A stretch of DNA of 64,000 bases from Chrysomallon squamiferum (Eukaryota; Animalia; Mollusca). The position numbers and the translations under genes were made by a program. Below, piece by piece: positions 1 to 11,790 of this stretch. The notes beneath the pieces were generated by a model. That model worked only from the letters and a program-made list of their open reading frames with translations, had not been told where the DNA came from and ran no database searches. The stretch covers positions 2,790,001 through 2,854,000 of the forward strand of contig CM022665.1 of assembly GCA_012295275.1 (NCBI GenBank), in the 5' to 3' direction. Within the stretch, counting starts at the first letter, position 1. Each line of letters begins with the position of its first letter.

Positions 1-315
1 ATGCATATTTCCACTGACAGAAGATTCCAATTCCTTCTTGGAAACTGTACTAGAATTTTCATCATCATCGTCCTCATTTTCATCATCATCATCTTCATCA
101 TCATCTTCTTCTCCATGATCTGTTGATCTCATTTTGTAAGGCTTAGTCCGAACTTTCTGAAATTCTTCTTTACTCATCATCTGAATCCCATTTGCTGTCA
201 GCAACTTTCCATGTCTTGTTTTCAGATGTCTCTTGTATGTATTACGAGTCTTGAATTTTAATGGACAGTCCATGCACTCAAAAGGAGTCTCCCCAGTATG
301 GCGTCTCAGATGTTC
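1..315 (-). CDS. ZF gene exon: end of finger 3, finger 4 and acidic tail (EHLRRHTGETPFECMDCPLKFKTRNTYKRHLKTRH...poly-D/E); continues off-window
   Basis: Acceptor AG at 316-317, phase 0. Contains an HTGETPF linker and CX2CX12HX4H. No stop before base 1. Confidence 0.93.
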
Positions 316-670
316 CTACAAAGACATTCTCAGTTTTATCACTTGTAAAATTAAATGAGTATTTCCAAGCAGTTTTAGTCTACTCTTTTAGTTTCACATG
401 ACTAAATAAACAAGAAATTGTAACAAAATTGAAGTGTTTTGTGTTTCTAGTATGAATTATAAAGTTTTCATTATTATAGGACAAGTGACATATGGTATCA
501 TGTATGTCATTATATTTATTCTTAAAGCAGAAAGCCTTTGTTTCAAAATAAACCTTCATAATACAAACCTTAAAACAACTTGGTTGTCTATGATTTTACT
601 ATTTTTTGGACAAGCAAGATATTTTCATTCTTAAAGCAGCTGTTTCATAATACAAGTTTATGATACAAAC

Positions 671-816
671 CTTAAAGTGACTTGGATGTCTGAATTTACG
701 ACCACAATCCTTGCATGTAAACCTGCTCTGGTTGTTGTGTATTAGCATGTGATAGTTCAGACTGTGCTGCCTTGTAAATGTTGTGTTGCAGATAAGGCAC
801 ACAAATGGCTTAATTC
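671..816 (-). CDS. ZF gene exon: finger 2 and start of finger 3 (GIKPFVCLICNTTFTRQHSLNYHMLIHNNQSRFTCKDCGRKFRHPSHFK)
   Basis: AG at 817-818, GT at 669-670, 146 nt, phase 1 to 0. Confidence 0.93.
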
Positions 817-859
817 CTAAAAATGTTAAAGGAAAATTTTGTTTGACATCTGCATGGCT

Positions 860-2700
860 TTATTTGCTACTTTAATATTCTTTAAAGTGATAATAATTAA
901 TGATTAAATTGCAGAAAATATAAAACTTTCTAAGGACTTCAGCTTCTTTTTTTAGTTAAACAATTTATAAAAGTTATAAATACTTGGGTTAGACTAACAG
1001 AAATGATTTCTTTGATTCTTAAAAAAGAAAGATGTAAATGTATAATGAAACTCATCTCCAAAGTCATAGTTATTACACAATGGACATATTCTGTTTTCTA
1101 ATGGTTAATTTTTCCATCATCTCATTTCAATAGGAAGATTGTGGTTTGAAAGTCTAAACTGTAATGATAGGCATCAGTGTTTTCTGACTTTAAGGTTGAA
1201 ATGTGTCTGGAATGCAACAGTATTTTTAAATAGTTTATAATTTGAAGTTTTAGATGAGTTATCAATGTTAGAGTAGCAATATTGTAAGTACTGATCTATA
1301 AGTCTTGTGTTAATGCATGATTTTAACACAGAACCACTAATGGTACCATTATACTATGATAAACACACACACACACCATTGAGAACAGATTGAACGTGTA
1401 ATATGCATTTGTGATTAAAAATGTTATTGCTAACATCATTCAGTAATAGTCTGTACACTAGTAATGATAACTGCTTTTCTATGATCAATTGATACCAGTA
1501 AATAATCATTCTCACTTTTACAGTAATATATACTAGATAACATCCAAATTCTCCAATTAGCAAATACAGTGATATAGATTTCCTTACAGATAATAACAAT
1601 GTCATAAACATGTTACATAATTTTGGCATTAATGACAGATTTTCAAATCCCCAAATTTCTCTACCATACAGAAGAACTGGTAAAATCATGTATGGAAATA
1701 TTATGAATATTGTTGTAGAATGAAATACATAGCCTTCTGTACTTGTGCATATAACCTATAAATTACATGGCAACATTTACCATTTATACCATTTTAAATT
1801 AATTTTCCTCAAAGTCTGATTCTCCAAACTGAATTAGAAGTTTTGCTGAAATCTGTAAATGTGAAAAAAGGTTTGTTCTGTGCTTTCGTAAGTTCAGTTA
1901 ATCAGTATAATGTAAAGGCCTGGTCATTTGTACAATAATCCTTCCTAAATTCTGTTTGAACTTCAGATCATTTGTTTCAAAACACTACTTTAGTGTATTA
2001 TTTAATATGGCAGTAAAGAGTTTCCCAAGACAACTAAGTAATGTATTATTTTTATCAACGATTTTATAAATTATCAACTAACCATGAATCAGGAAAGAAA
2101 TCCTTGTACTTTTGCAGTAAAATTACTTGTAACAGCTTGGCATATTCTACCCAGTTTAACAATGAACTTTCTTTTCTATCATTTGTATGCATTAAGTAAC
2201 CTGGTATTTCTACATTATCAATATTTTCAAGTTTTGATTCTACTAAACACAAAATATCATACTGATTTAAAATGTTAACAAGTTCTGGTTCATGTAGTTG
2301 TTTTCAGGCACAGACATTTAAAAATACAATATTTACAGAGTCAGAAGGGTTAACTCTTTCTGTATAACTGATAGTTCAGCTGGTTCATTTTGATTGTCAC
2401 CAGTATCAGTCCTCCATCTGTCCTAGGCATATTCTTCCATAGGTGAGGAGTAACTGCGGGCAAACCTGTTCAGATTTAGAATTTGTTTCAGTATGTGGGT
2501 ACCATCATCTACCTTCAATAAAAAATTTGTCAACCAAAAAATATGACTGTAGTCCATGTTTTGTAGCCTGATAAACTTTGGCCACAAATTTTTTCTACAT
2601 TCCACAATCTCATGAAGATAACTAACTGACACTAAAATGAGTGCTCTTTAAGACTTTAGATCTTCTTCTAACAATTTCTCCATCTTTTAATCATTCAAAT
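860..2700 (-). mobile_element. Degenerate, internally deleted non-LTR retrotransposon (RTE-X-like by inference) in a ZF-gene intron
   Basis: Fragments occur in the expected order on the - strand: ORF1-like 'EIVECRKNLWP' (~2600), APE start 'VFLNVCA..NQYDILCLVESKL..EIPGY' (~2330-2195), RT 'LSCLGKLFTAILNN' and 'FRKDYCTNDQAFTL..FTDFSKTSNSVWR' (~2040-1825), 'ILPVLLYGREIWG' (~1689), C-terminal 'FRLSNHNLPIE..RICPLCN..GDEFHY' (~1160-1040), AATAAA near 860. Many stops and frameshifts. Confidence 0.85.
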
Positions 2701-2781
2701 TTAGCAGTAATAGGCTGTGGCCTTGTGGAATTTGGAATTTTCAGACCAAAATGGACACACACACAATACTAGAAATCTTAC

Positions 2782-2917
2782 CTGCATGACTTCGATAATG
2801 ATACATCAGTGTGGCACTGGCAGTGAAAGTTTTCCCATGACAAATTTTGCACATCAAAGGAAATTTATCATCTTTTTTTCTACCTTTCAATTCACGAATA
2901 CACTTCAAGGCAATTTT
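2782..2917 (-). CDS. ZF gene exon: finger 1 (KIALKCIRELKGRKKDDKFPLMCKICHGKTFTASATLMYHYRSHA)
   Basis: AG at 2918-2919, GTAAG donor at 2781, 136 nt, phase 0 to 1. Confidence 0.92.
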
Positions 2918-3143
2918 CTGCAAGCAAAATATTTCAACATCAAAAGGTATTTTTGTCTAGCATGCCCAAATTCATTTTGCAACATACATATAGTGCTGTT
3001 ATAAAGAATATTTAGCAGCAATCAACATTTTATTTAACAAGGCTAGTACAATAACTAACTACTGATAAAATATAAATTTATGTACTTTTCATTAAGTCAG
3101 AGAGTTCTTACAACAAAATAAAAATAGAGTATAAACAACATAC

Positions 3144-3325
3144 CCGTTCACATTCAATTATTGCCATTTCAGTTGACAAATTTGAATGTTCTGGTTCTGA
3201 CTGAGGTTTCTTTCTCTTCCTAGAACCTGAATCTTCCTCCCCTTCACTAAAAGATACATTTTCTTCAGGAATGGTTATTTTTCCAGTTTTTGCAACCTGT
3301 AACTTGGGCATTGGTGGGTATGGTC
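3144..3325 (-). CDS. ZF gene exon (PYPPMPKLQVAK...SRKRKKPQ...AIIECER), includes an NLS-like RKRKK
   Basis: AG at 3326-3327, GTATG donor at 3143, 182 nt, phase 1 to 0. Confidence 0.88.
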
Positions 3326-3538
3326 CTAAAAATATATAGAAACAAATTATATATTTTAATGCAGTAATTACTGAACGCAACAATTTTTTAAAATGTATTT
3401 TTCATGATACTCAGTATAGGTAAAACATGACATAGTTGGTCATATTTTTGTTTGTTTTAATATTTCAGCACCAATATCAACAATGAAACCTCAACACAAA
3501 AAATATAACAGCTATTAGATGAAAATATAGAAACATAC

Positions 3539-4273
3539 GTTCTCCAGTATGCCCTTCTTCTTCAGAATCACTGCTGCATTCATTTGGATTAATTATTTCC
3601 TCAGCACTAACCATTGGAGTCTGTGCATTGGGAGGAGGTGCTACAGAATATAAAAGAATTGGTTTGGGCGGTTTGCCTGTCCGAATTGGATCAATGTATG
3701 ATACACTCCCACCTACATCAATGATGCTGGAATCATCATCATCATCATCAGATGAATCCGAATCCATACTGATGTTTTCTATGCCACGTTTTTTACCAAA
3801 TATTGTTGTGTAGCAATGATCATGATGTGGCTGAGTTCTGTTCAGTAGCTCAATGATGAACTGCTCATTTTCCTCAATTCGACGTTCTGTGATTGCTGGT
3901 AAAGAAACTTCATTGCTATCAGCTTCACCATTTCTCTGTTTTTTCTTATTTGCTAAATGTTTTAATTTCACTCCACTTTCAGCAGACATGTTACAAAGTA
4001 CAGACTTCTTATGAGCATATCGATTTGTCACCGTTTGTTTAGCTGCACCGTCAAAAGACGCCTTTTTGCTTTTCTTCATAGAATTTTCTTTGATGTCTTC
4101 ATAATTCATAAAATTGTTCTTGTTTAAATTGTCTTTTTTGTTAGCAGGAACTGATTTAAGACCAAGGCGTTTACATGGTTTCAATCCTGTAAATCTGGAA
4201 ACAGTAGTCACATTTTTCTTTGCATTTTGATTACTGGAATTGGCACCACCTCTTCTCCTCTTAAGATTACCGT
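3539..4273 (-). CDS. ZF gene large exon, basic/acidic disordered region
   Basis: Overlaps the 244-aa ORF 3477..4211. AG at 4274-4275, GTATG donor at 3538, 735 nt, phase 1 to 1. Confidence 0.88.
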
Positions 4274-4834
4274 CTAAACAATAAAAAATATTGGTTTACT
4301 TTAAAATATGTCTTACAACAGAAATGACAATAGTCATATGGATGATTTTTAATTGCTGCATACTATAATTAGTTATATAAAAATATAAACACTCACTGCA
4401 ACATTTAGTTAAATTAATGTCATTTTCTGTTTTTTTATTAATGAAATGAAAAGTTTTTAAATGAAAAACTGTACACTTTTAAAGAAAAAATAAGAAATCA
4501 TGCTAGATATTTGGCATTTTACATCATCAAATGGTATTTTCTTTATTCAAATCCCTTAGTATATTATGTAGTCTGCAATTAAAGAAACATAGAATGGAGT
4601 GCCTTTCCACAAAACTGCCTGAAAATAATTTTGACCTCAAGACACAAACATGAGCTATGCTAAAACTTAAGCAATAAAAGATTTTTGGCAGTTGTCAGAA
4701 AACCATTGTTTATGCATTTAATATTACAGTACAGCTTGGTTTTATTATCTCTTAATTTTAGTGGGTTTTAACATTTTCACCTATACTTAATACCACTTAG
4801 CCATTTTAAGATGAAATAAATTAATATACATTAC

Positions 4835-4903
4835 CAATAGCTTTCTTTTTCTGGACTCGAACTGGTACAGCTGTGAAATTAAATGGTTCTGTTCTTCCAG
4901 GAT
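4835..4903 (-). CDS. ZF gene small exon (PGRTEPFNFTAVPVRVQKKKAI)
   Basis: AG at 4904-4905, GTAAT donor at 4834, 69 nt, phase 1 to 1, open. Confidence 0.8.
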
Positions 4904-5099
4904 CTACAATAACAGTGAAATGAGCAAAATGAAAACAAACATATTATCATACATTTTATTTGAATTATTTAATCTGTTAGTAAAAACAAAATAAAATTAT
5001 ATTTTCTATGCTGAACATATGAATATAACAGATATATTAAATATCAGTAATATCTGAACAATACTTGATTAGCTTCAGTAACACTTAAAAGAACTTTAC

Positions 5100-5361
5100 C
5101 ATTTGCATCATCTATAAGCTGTTCTATGTGACTCAAAAGATGCATCCTTATTTTTAATCTGGCTTTTGATTCATTACCAAAACTGGAAAACTGTTCATTG
5201 CATTTTGGGGGCATCAGACAACAGGTGTATGTATAGTTTCGAGTCATTTCATTACAAACAAGGTCTGCAAACAAATTGATGAGGACTTTGTCTGACAGTG
5301 TCTGTATCTGATCAAGATTCAACAAATCCAGTGATTGTAGATTCCTTTTAGTTACATGTAC
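5100..5361 (-). CDS. ZF gene exon with an atypical C2H2-like motif (YTCCLMPPKCNEQF...IRMHLLSH)
   Basis: AG at 5362-5363, GTAAA donor at 5099, 262 nt, phase 0 to 1. Confidence 0.87.
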
Positions 5362-5993
5362 CTGAAAGAAATTAATTATTTGTTTTGTTATAATTGTATT
5401 TACTACATTCAGAATCAAATATTAATATTTAAAGTATATCTAAAGTGGAAAAGTCAAACTGACTAAACCCATTTTTAGTATTTCCGTATGGTATTTTTAT
5501 TTGTTTCTAAACATAACCTATAATACTAATAAAGAATGACAGTAAAATAACAGCACAAGAAAATGCATATGTGAGTGTTAAGTTTTCCATTTAATTTGAC
5601 ATCATCCTGTGAACCTTTTCATTTGCCATACATCTTCAGATATATATGCATTTTTATTTCAATGTGCATTATTACACCAACAGTATTAAAATATTTCACA
5701 AGGGATCCAGTAATGCAATAACCACTGAATACTTTCACACATCAGAATATTAAACTCATGTAAACCTAAGAATCCAACCAAAATACTCATTTTCAATTTC
5801 ATTGTATGTCTTTCTGCTCATTTTATTTATTTTCTAATGACTTTATTATTATTATTATTACTACTATTTTTTTTTTTTTTAAATTGCTATAAAGAATAAT
5901 GATTCAGAATAAATCTCATTTATATAAAAATTAAAATGGATTGATGATTAAATGCATTTAATAAACAAAGGCTGTGGTTAATAATATATTTAC

Positions 5994-6160
5994 TCTTTTG
6001 GAAGGTGAAAATTTGGGCTCTTTCTGCAGCGTGGCAGAAGCTACTTGTGCAAGCACCTCCAGAGACATGTAGGATGACTTATCTTCATTTTCACTTTCAC
6101 TGGAATTAATTGCTTCCTCTTTAAGTTTGCCATTTCTTGTGGATGATCTTGAAAATCCAG
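5994..6160 (-). CDS. ZF gene exon (GFSRSSTRNGKLKEE...SLEVLAQVASATLQKEPKFSPSKR)
   Basis: AG at 6161-6162, GTAAA donor at 5993, 167 nt, phase 1 to 0. Confidence 0.82.
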
Positions 6161-6679
6161 CTAAAAGTAACAAAGTAATCCTAAAAATTATATATTTAAT
6201 AAATATGTAAATAAATTATAATTTACATGTTTCTCTTAAACAGGCAAAATCAATAATGAAATAATTCTTAATGTTCTGGAAAGTCCATGTGAACTTTTAT
6301 CAACTCTTTCAATATTGTTATTGTTAAAGTTCTTCACTGAATACATATGTTTAAAGAAGATTATACATATATAAAAAAGAGATGACAATATCTGCACTTT
6401 CAAGAAATTCAGTTTCAACCAGAGTTTTTTGTCAGTTGCCATAAATTCATGACTGTGCATCATGATTGTCTTACAGTAATGAGGGATAACATACTGTAAG
6501 TCTGTATGTTTCATTTTGAAATGAATTACAGTTTTGTTTAGTCTACTGATATGATCATGATAGAAACGTGAAGAAATCGGGTAATTAAATCTGATTAACT
6601 GTGGTATGTGAAAACATGTTTGTGCATGCACAATTTGAAGCCAAGTTGCACAACCAGATTGGAGACAGAATGAAAACAC

Positions 6680-6870
6680 TCGAAAAGTGTTGACTGAGGT
6701 AGAGGCAGGTGTAAAAACTAAAAAAGCAATTTCCCTTCAATTATTTTATCAACATGGATTAAAAACAATGGATCAATTCCAGAAGGTTATTTAAAGTTTG
6801 GTTCTAAATGTAAAAACGTGAGTGTTTAAAAACACAGAGGCACCAACTTTGAAATGGTCAAAAACTCTCC
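6680..6870 (+). mobile_element. pogo/Tigger-like transposase N-terminal HTH relic
   Basis: The frameshifted translation KVLTEVEAGVKTKKAI / FPSIILSTWIKNNGSIPEGYLKFGSKCK / TEAPTLKWSK resembles the CENP-B-type HTH ('..STLSTWIKNK..', 'EEALLKWF'). No TIRs identified. Confidence 0.65.
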
Positions 6871-9800
6871 TAGGCCAGTATTATTTACAAAACCTAAGGA
6901 ATTAGCCTGAATGTTTGACTTCATCTGGATGGCTGGATACATTCAAGGAAACTCTAAAGTGATTTTCATTTGGAAAGTACAAAATTGGCTCCTAAGTGCA
7001 ATTGTAGGTTTATTAATCCCGATTTCAGTGATAAAAAATTCAAAGTTTGTCAGTTAAATAGTTCCAAAGTTATTACTTTTTAATATCTATTTTTTGTACA
7101 CGACTCCATTTTAAAGAAATCTTGATTTTTAATAGCCCATTCTGAAGTCAGATTGACTATGACAAAGCTTATTTCACAACATATCATTGTGTTCCAAATA
7201 TTCAGTCTTACTGTCACATTATCATAATTATTTTTTTCCAAATATTCAGTCTAATTTTATTCATAACTCTGCAAAGTATATTTACATCAATATGTGAAAT
7301 CATTCATTTGCTCTAGAAATAAAATAATAAAATCTTTGAAAATTCATAACTTCACTTCTACTTGTACTACAAAAATAGTTTTTATAACAATTTAATTGGA
7401 GTGAAAAGATGAAATGTCAGTTTTTAAGGCATTCATCTTTTAACAAGTTGCAGTTTTCTTCAGCATCAAGGCACAGTCTTAGTGCTAATAAAGGCTATAT
7501 AATAATACTAAAGATTACTTGTCGAGTACCACTTCCTCCTGAGAGCAGGACTCAAAGCATTTTACATTTGAGAGTATAGTATATTAATGAGACATGGACA
7601 AAAACTGGATAGGTAATGAATTACTATGTAATGAAAGTATTTACAAAAGTTACAAATTTGGTGATGTGAATGTAAGTGGAGCAGAATTTCAGTTGGATAA
7701 GATTTGAGAAGTGATGATGAGAAAATGTTTCTGTGAACATATTTGAATATGGAAGTGGACTTCATGAAGCAAATGTCAAACCAAAGAGGAGATTGAATAC
7801 AGAAATTTGTGCTGAATGTTAGATGTTATCATTTATTATCTATACAGTATGTTTTGAACCAAGAAAAAACATAAAAGGCTTAGTTTTTCCCAGTAAAACA
7901 AATTAAACATTTGTATTCTGTAATCTGTTGCAATGTTATTTCCAAGGCATTGCCACAACCATAGATAAATCAAATAAAAAAACTAAATACTGCTGAATAA
8001 ATTATCACAAATAAGGCTATTTTTAGTTAACAACAGTTGGAAAACTGAAGTCATATGACTGTAAATTTTTTTATTTTACAGACATCAGAAATAAATAAAC
8101 TGCTCAAAACCTTCAGATTTTGTGGTGAAAGCCTCCTCCTCATTATCTGTGACATTATGCTGAGAAATGATGTGCCTATATAACTTTGATGATTTATTAA
8201 TCAAGGTGGAGGCACAGACAGACAATGTATGTGTAACTGGTTCTAAAATCATTTCAACAGGTTTTTTTCACTTAAATATTAATTTTAAATTGAGATCTTA
8301 TGAAAAGAATGATCATTCTGCTCACAAACAAAAACCTTTGAACAGAATTCACGAGGCTCAGGTCGGATTTGTGATCATATAGTTGCTTTAAGTTTCAACC
8401 CTAATGTTTTTTAAAAGATGAAAAGTTTCTCTTTCCGATACCTTTTTGAATGGGGTAATTTTACTTAGAAACTGTTCAGAGGTTTTCTATCACTTTTAGG
8501 TAGCAAAAACTTCCCATGTTGGATACACAAATGGAACTAAAATATGAAACTTTTGTTTGGCCAAGACTGTTTATATGAAGAAAGTTTGTAGAGCTAACCC
8601 ATGAGCATAAAAAGTAGTAGATGAACAATGTTTGTGAAACATGAGATGATGAACCCAAGGGACTTCCAATTGAGATTAAACCCTTTTTTTCACAATACAA
8701 GGAAATACACCTACAATAAACTTAAAGACATAAACTTCAGTTTTTCCATTCATGTACTTTTTATTCAGATAGGACTTGAAAGAGAGATAAATCATAATTA
8801 AAAAGTAAAAAAAAAAATATAGGTCAAAACAATATATGGTGGAACCAAAATAAAGGTGCTTTGGAATACTCATTTACAACATAAGTTATTTGAGTTATAT
8901 TTTATAAGATCTATAAGATTTGATGGAAATATAATGGTTTAATTGATCTGGGATACATTTTATTCACCAAGGCAGTCTCTCAGAACAACAGCAACTTATT
9001 TCAGATGTTCAAAACCTACTTCTGCAACATCAGAAAGGGATGAAATGTCATCAGCTGAAATATTATATTAAAATTTTATTTAACTTTGGACAAATCTTAC
9101 AAGTCTGACTGATGCATTTTGATTAAAATTATATAATCATGTGTATCATATTAACAACTGTCGGATTTCAAAGATCTAAAAATGATGATGAAGACAGACA
9201 TTTCCCTGACATCCTTTCAAGAACATCTACAGCAAATAACTGATGAAACAATGAAAATACTGCATATTGGAGACAACCCTCACACTTTATAATTGTACGA
9301 TCAGAGTTCAATGACGTCACCTGTAATACGGGATACTGACATAGTCACATAGCTACTTTAATGATGATATCTGAATTATGATTATATGGCAGATCAGTGC
9401 TGGAAACTGGAATTTACAAATGACTGACATTACACAGACTTTGCGTACATGTCATTTGTACATACATTTAAAGTACTTGAATTTTAATTTTAAATCATGT
9501 TCAGTATCAGTTCGTTTGACATTAAAGTATACTCATAACTGTACAGTACTGTTGACGTTTGTTTTTATTGCATGGCTTTCTTAGTTTCTACATTGGAAAG
9601 GGAAAAAAACTATAATAAAACAAAGTATCGTCGTTAATTTTTTTTTTCTATTTCGATTTACTCTAAATTTGCATAATATAAACAAATAAATTAATGCAAT
9701 AGTTTACATACACTATTAATTAAGTAATACATGCTCTATATTTCGCGCCCAAAAGTTCCCGATTCCCATCCGCCATGTTTGTTTCGTCGTCTGTCAGTTT

Positions 9801-10116
9801 AATAACTTATCTGGCATAGTGAACTAATCAAACGATATATTAAAACAACATACCTTTCTCACATGGCTTCCCACTAAAGTAGAATAGCCACTTTAAAATA
9901 ATTAGCGGACATTTATCTGACACAGTTGTTTAGATGTATAACAAAATTAAAACGATGAACTACATTTTATTACAATGAACAATTGTAGCAGCCGACGCTG
10001 TTATTTCTCTGCCAAGAGACAATATAAAATTAATTAATAAACCAACGCATATAGTCTGCTATTAAAATAGTGACCCACAGTAATTAATTAATAAATATTT
10101 TGACAAAGATAGCCAC

Positions 10117-10165
10117 CTTTAAGGTTTGTTTGGGATATCTTTCCTTTTTGACGAGTTGTCGCCAT
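10117..10165 (-). CDS. Candidate first coding exon of the ZF gene (MATTRQKGKISQTNLK)
   Basis: AAGATGGCG start context. 49 nt ending in phase 1, matching the phase-1 acceptor at 6160. The donor AAG|GTGGCT is weak. Confidence 0.5.
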
Positions 10166-10787
10166 CTTCTGTCTCGTCTGCTATAATGAATTCCCGATAC
10201 CATAGTCCTTACTATACGTCAAATAATGATTCATAAAAGAAGATCTTATGCATTAGGAGACTGCATAAACAAATTTATTTTAGTTTTTAATAGAGACAGC
10301 AACAGCCACAATATAATTATAGCTATGTTAAAATAGGCTTACATTTTTTGACAAAATAAATTAATCAAAAGAAGAAGCCTTTAAAGATCAAGGTAAATGT
10401 TTTGACCCAGTAATAAAATACCGGTGTCGCAGTTTGAGTTTGATCCCGGTTAAAAATTGTCGATCTTTCAAACTAAGCAAGTGGCAAAATCGGTGTACAA
10501 TCTCAAAACATTATTTTTGTACCGTACCCGGGTTCTAAGTATCATAAGTATACTGCATATCATCTGGATACGTGAATCTCTTTCAGATGAATTCTAATGA
10601 TGTATATATTTACAATACTCTCAAGATGTCAGTAGATATTTTGAAACTATCTGTTATTTGGCTGCTAGTACTAATATATTTAAAAAAAGATAATTTAAAA
10701 CTAAACTCACTTTGGTTTTTCTAATCATCCAGTTTTCCTTAAGCCAAAAACAAACCAAAGCATTATACCGGTCAGTCATAGTTGTCT

Positions 10788-10879
10788 AAAACGATGTGAT
10801 ATGAAGATAAAATTGTCTGATTTTACAAGGCAAAATCTGCTAAATGAACTTTATGTAATTTTATATTTGAACTAGGAGC

Positions 10880-10881
<2 letters not shown>
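10788..10881 (+). repeat. Dispersed repeat, segment A copy 1 (followed by a (TAA)n tail)
   Basis: Near-identical to 14471-14565 (shared core GTCTGATTTTACAAGGCAAAATCTG..AAATGAACTTT..TAATTTTATATTTGAACTAG). Confidence 0.85.
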
Positions 10882-10920
<39 letters not shown>

Positions 10921-11410
10921 TTACTGAGTAAAATTTATTCTAACAAGACATAGACCAAAATGTAAAATAAATTATTGCAAATGCAGTAAATGCGTATGTT
11001 TTCCTGCATGCACTTAATGGGAGTTAATAAAATATCTGTTTCTCTTCAAGATATTTTCCCATCTATGAGAAGCGCATTTAAAAATAACTTATTGCTATCT
11101 AATAGACGCTTATTATTGTTATCGCTTTTTCTAACTGCATTTCTATAGTCTGTGTATTATTTGTTAATAATGAATACTTTGGTCTGTTGCACATTGTTTT
11201 GATAATTTTGATAGTTAAATATATGTATATAAACTTATTCTTAATTATGTTTGCATAAAATGAGCGTGGCAATTTTCAGTCTTGAATTCTTTGCATATTG
11301 TCGGGGTTTTATTTATTTATCTATTTATTATTAGTAGTAGTAGAATTCACGGGCTTTTAGGAACAGATCTGAGGATCAATCATTTTGCTTCACAAAAACA
11401 GTTTTTTACC

Positions 11411-11442
<32 letters not shown>

Positions 11443-11679
11443 TTATCATTTTATTATTATTTTTTTTTTTCAAATGAAATTATTGTCTTCTTTTTTATTT
11501 ATAAAAAGATGCATAAAACTATATGATTAATCTTATATCTGTTTACATAAACAAATACATTAATTTATTTATGTCAGATATCCGTTGTTTTCTTGTTGAC
11601 GTGAAATTATTTTAACACATGAAAAACTTTCGATAATTGAGCCATCCAAAAATACCATAGAGCTTTGTCACGTGATGAC

Positions 11680-11790
11680 ATCAGTACAAAATGGCTGACG
11701 GATGGGAAGTTAGATAAAGTGTCATCTGAAAATAATGACTAATTGAAAACATAAGTTGATAACCTAGTTTAATCATTCAGAGTTTTCATT
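11680..11790 (+). other. EHBP1: EHBP1 non-coding first exon (start approximate)
   Basis: Follows the E-box/YY1 motifs and ends at a consensus GTAAGT donor at 11791. The ATG at 11691 opens only an 8-codon uORF. Confidence 0.65.

Larger units (their letters stand above)
1..10165 (-). other. Gene span: C2H2 zinc-finger transcription factor (4 tandem C-terminal fingers plus one atypical N-terminal finger); 3' end runs off the window
   Basis: Exons 5994-6160, 5100-5361, 4835-4903, 3539-4273, 3144-3325, 2782-2917, 671-816 and 1-315 join with GT-AG boundaries and matching phases (0,1,1,1,0,1,0) into one open frame. The 5' end is tentative. Confidence 0.9.
9740..11790. promoter_or_regulatory. Head-to-head promoter region shared by the ZF gene (-) and EHBP1 (+)
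   Basis: CpG is visibly more frequent than in the flanking gene bodies. YY1-type AANATGGC motifs point left (~9771-9780, ~10160-10168) and right (11688-11696). E-box GTCACGTGA at 11667-11675. Confidence 0.7.
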
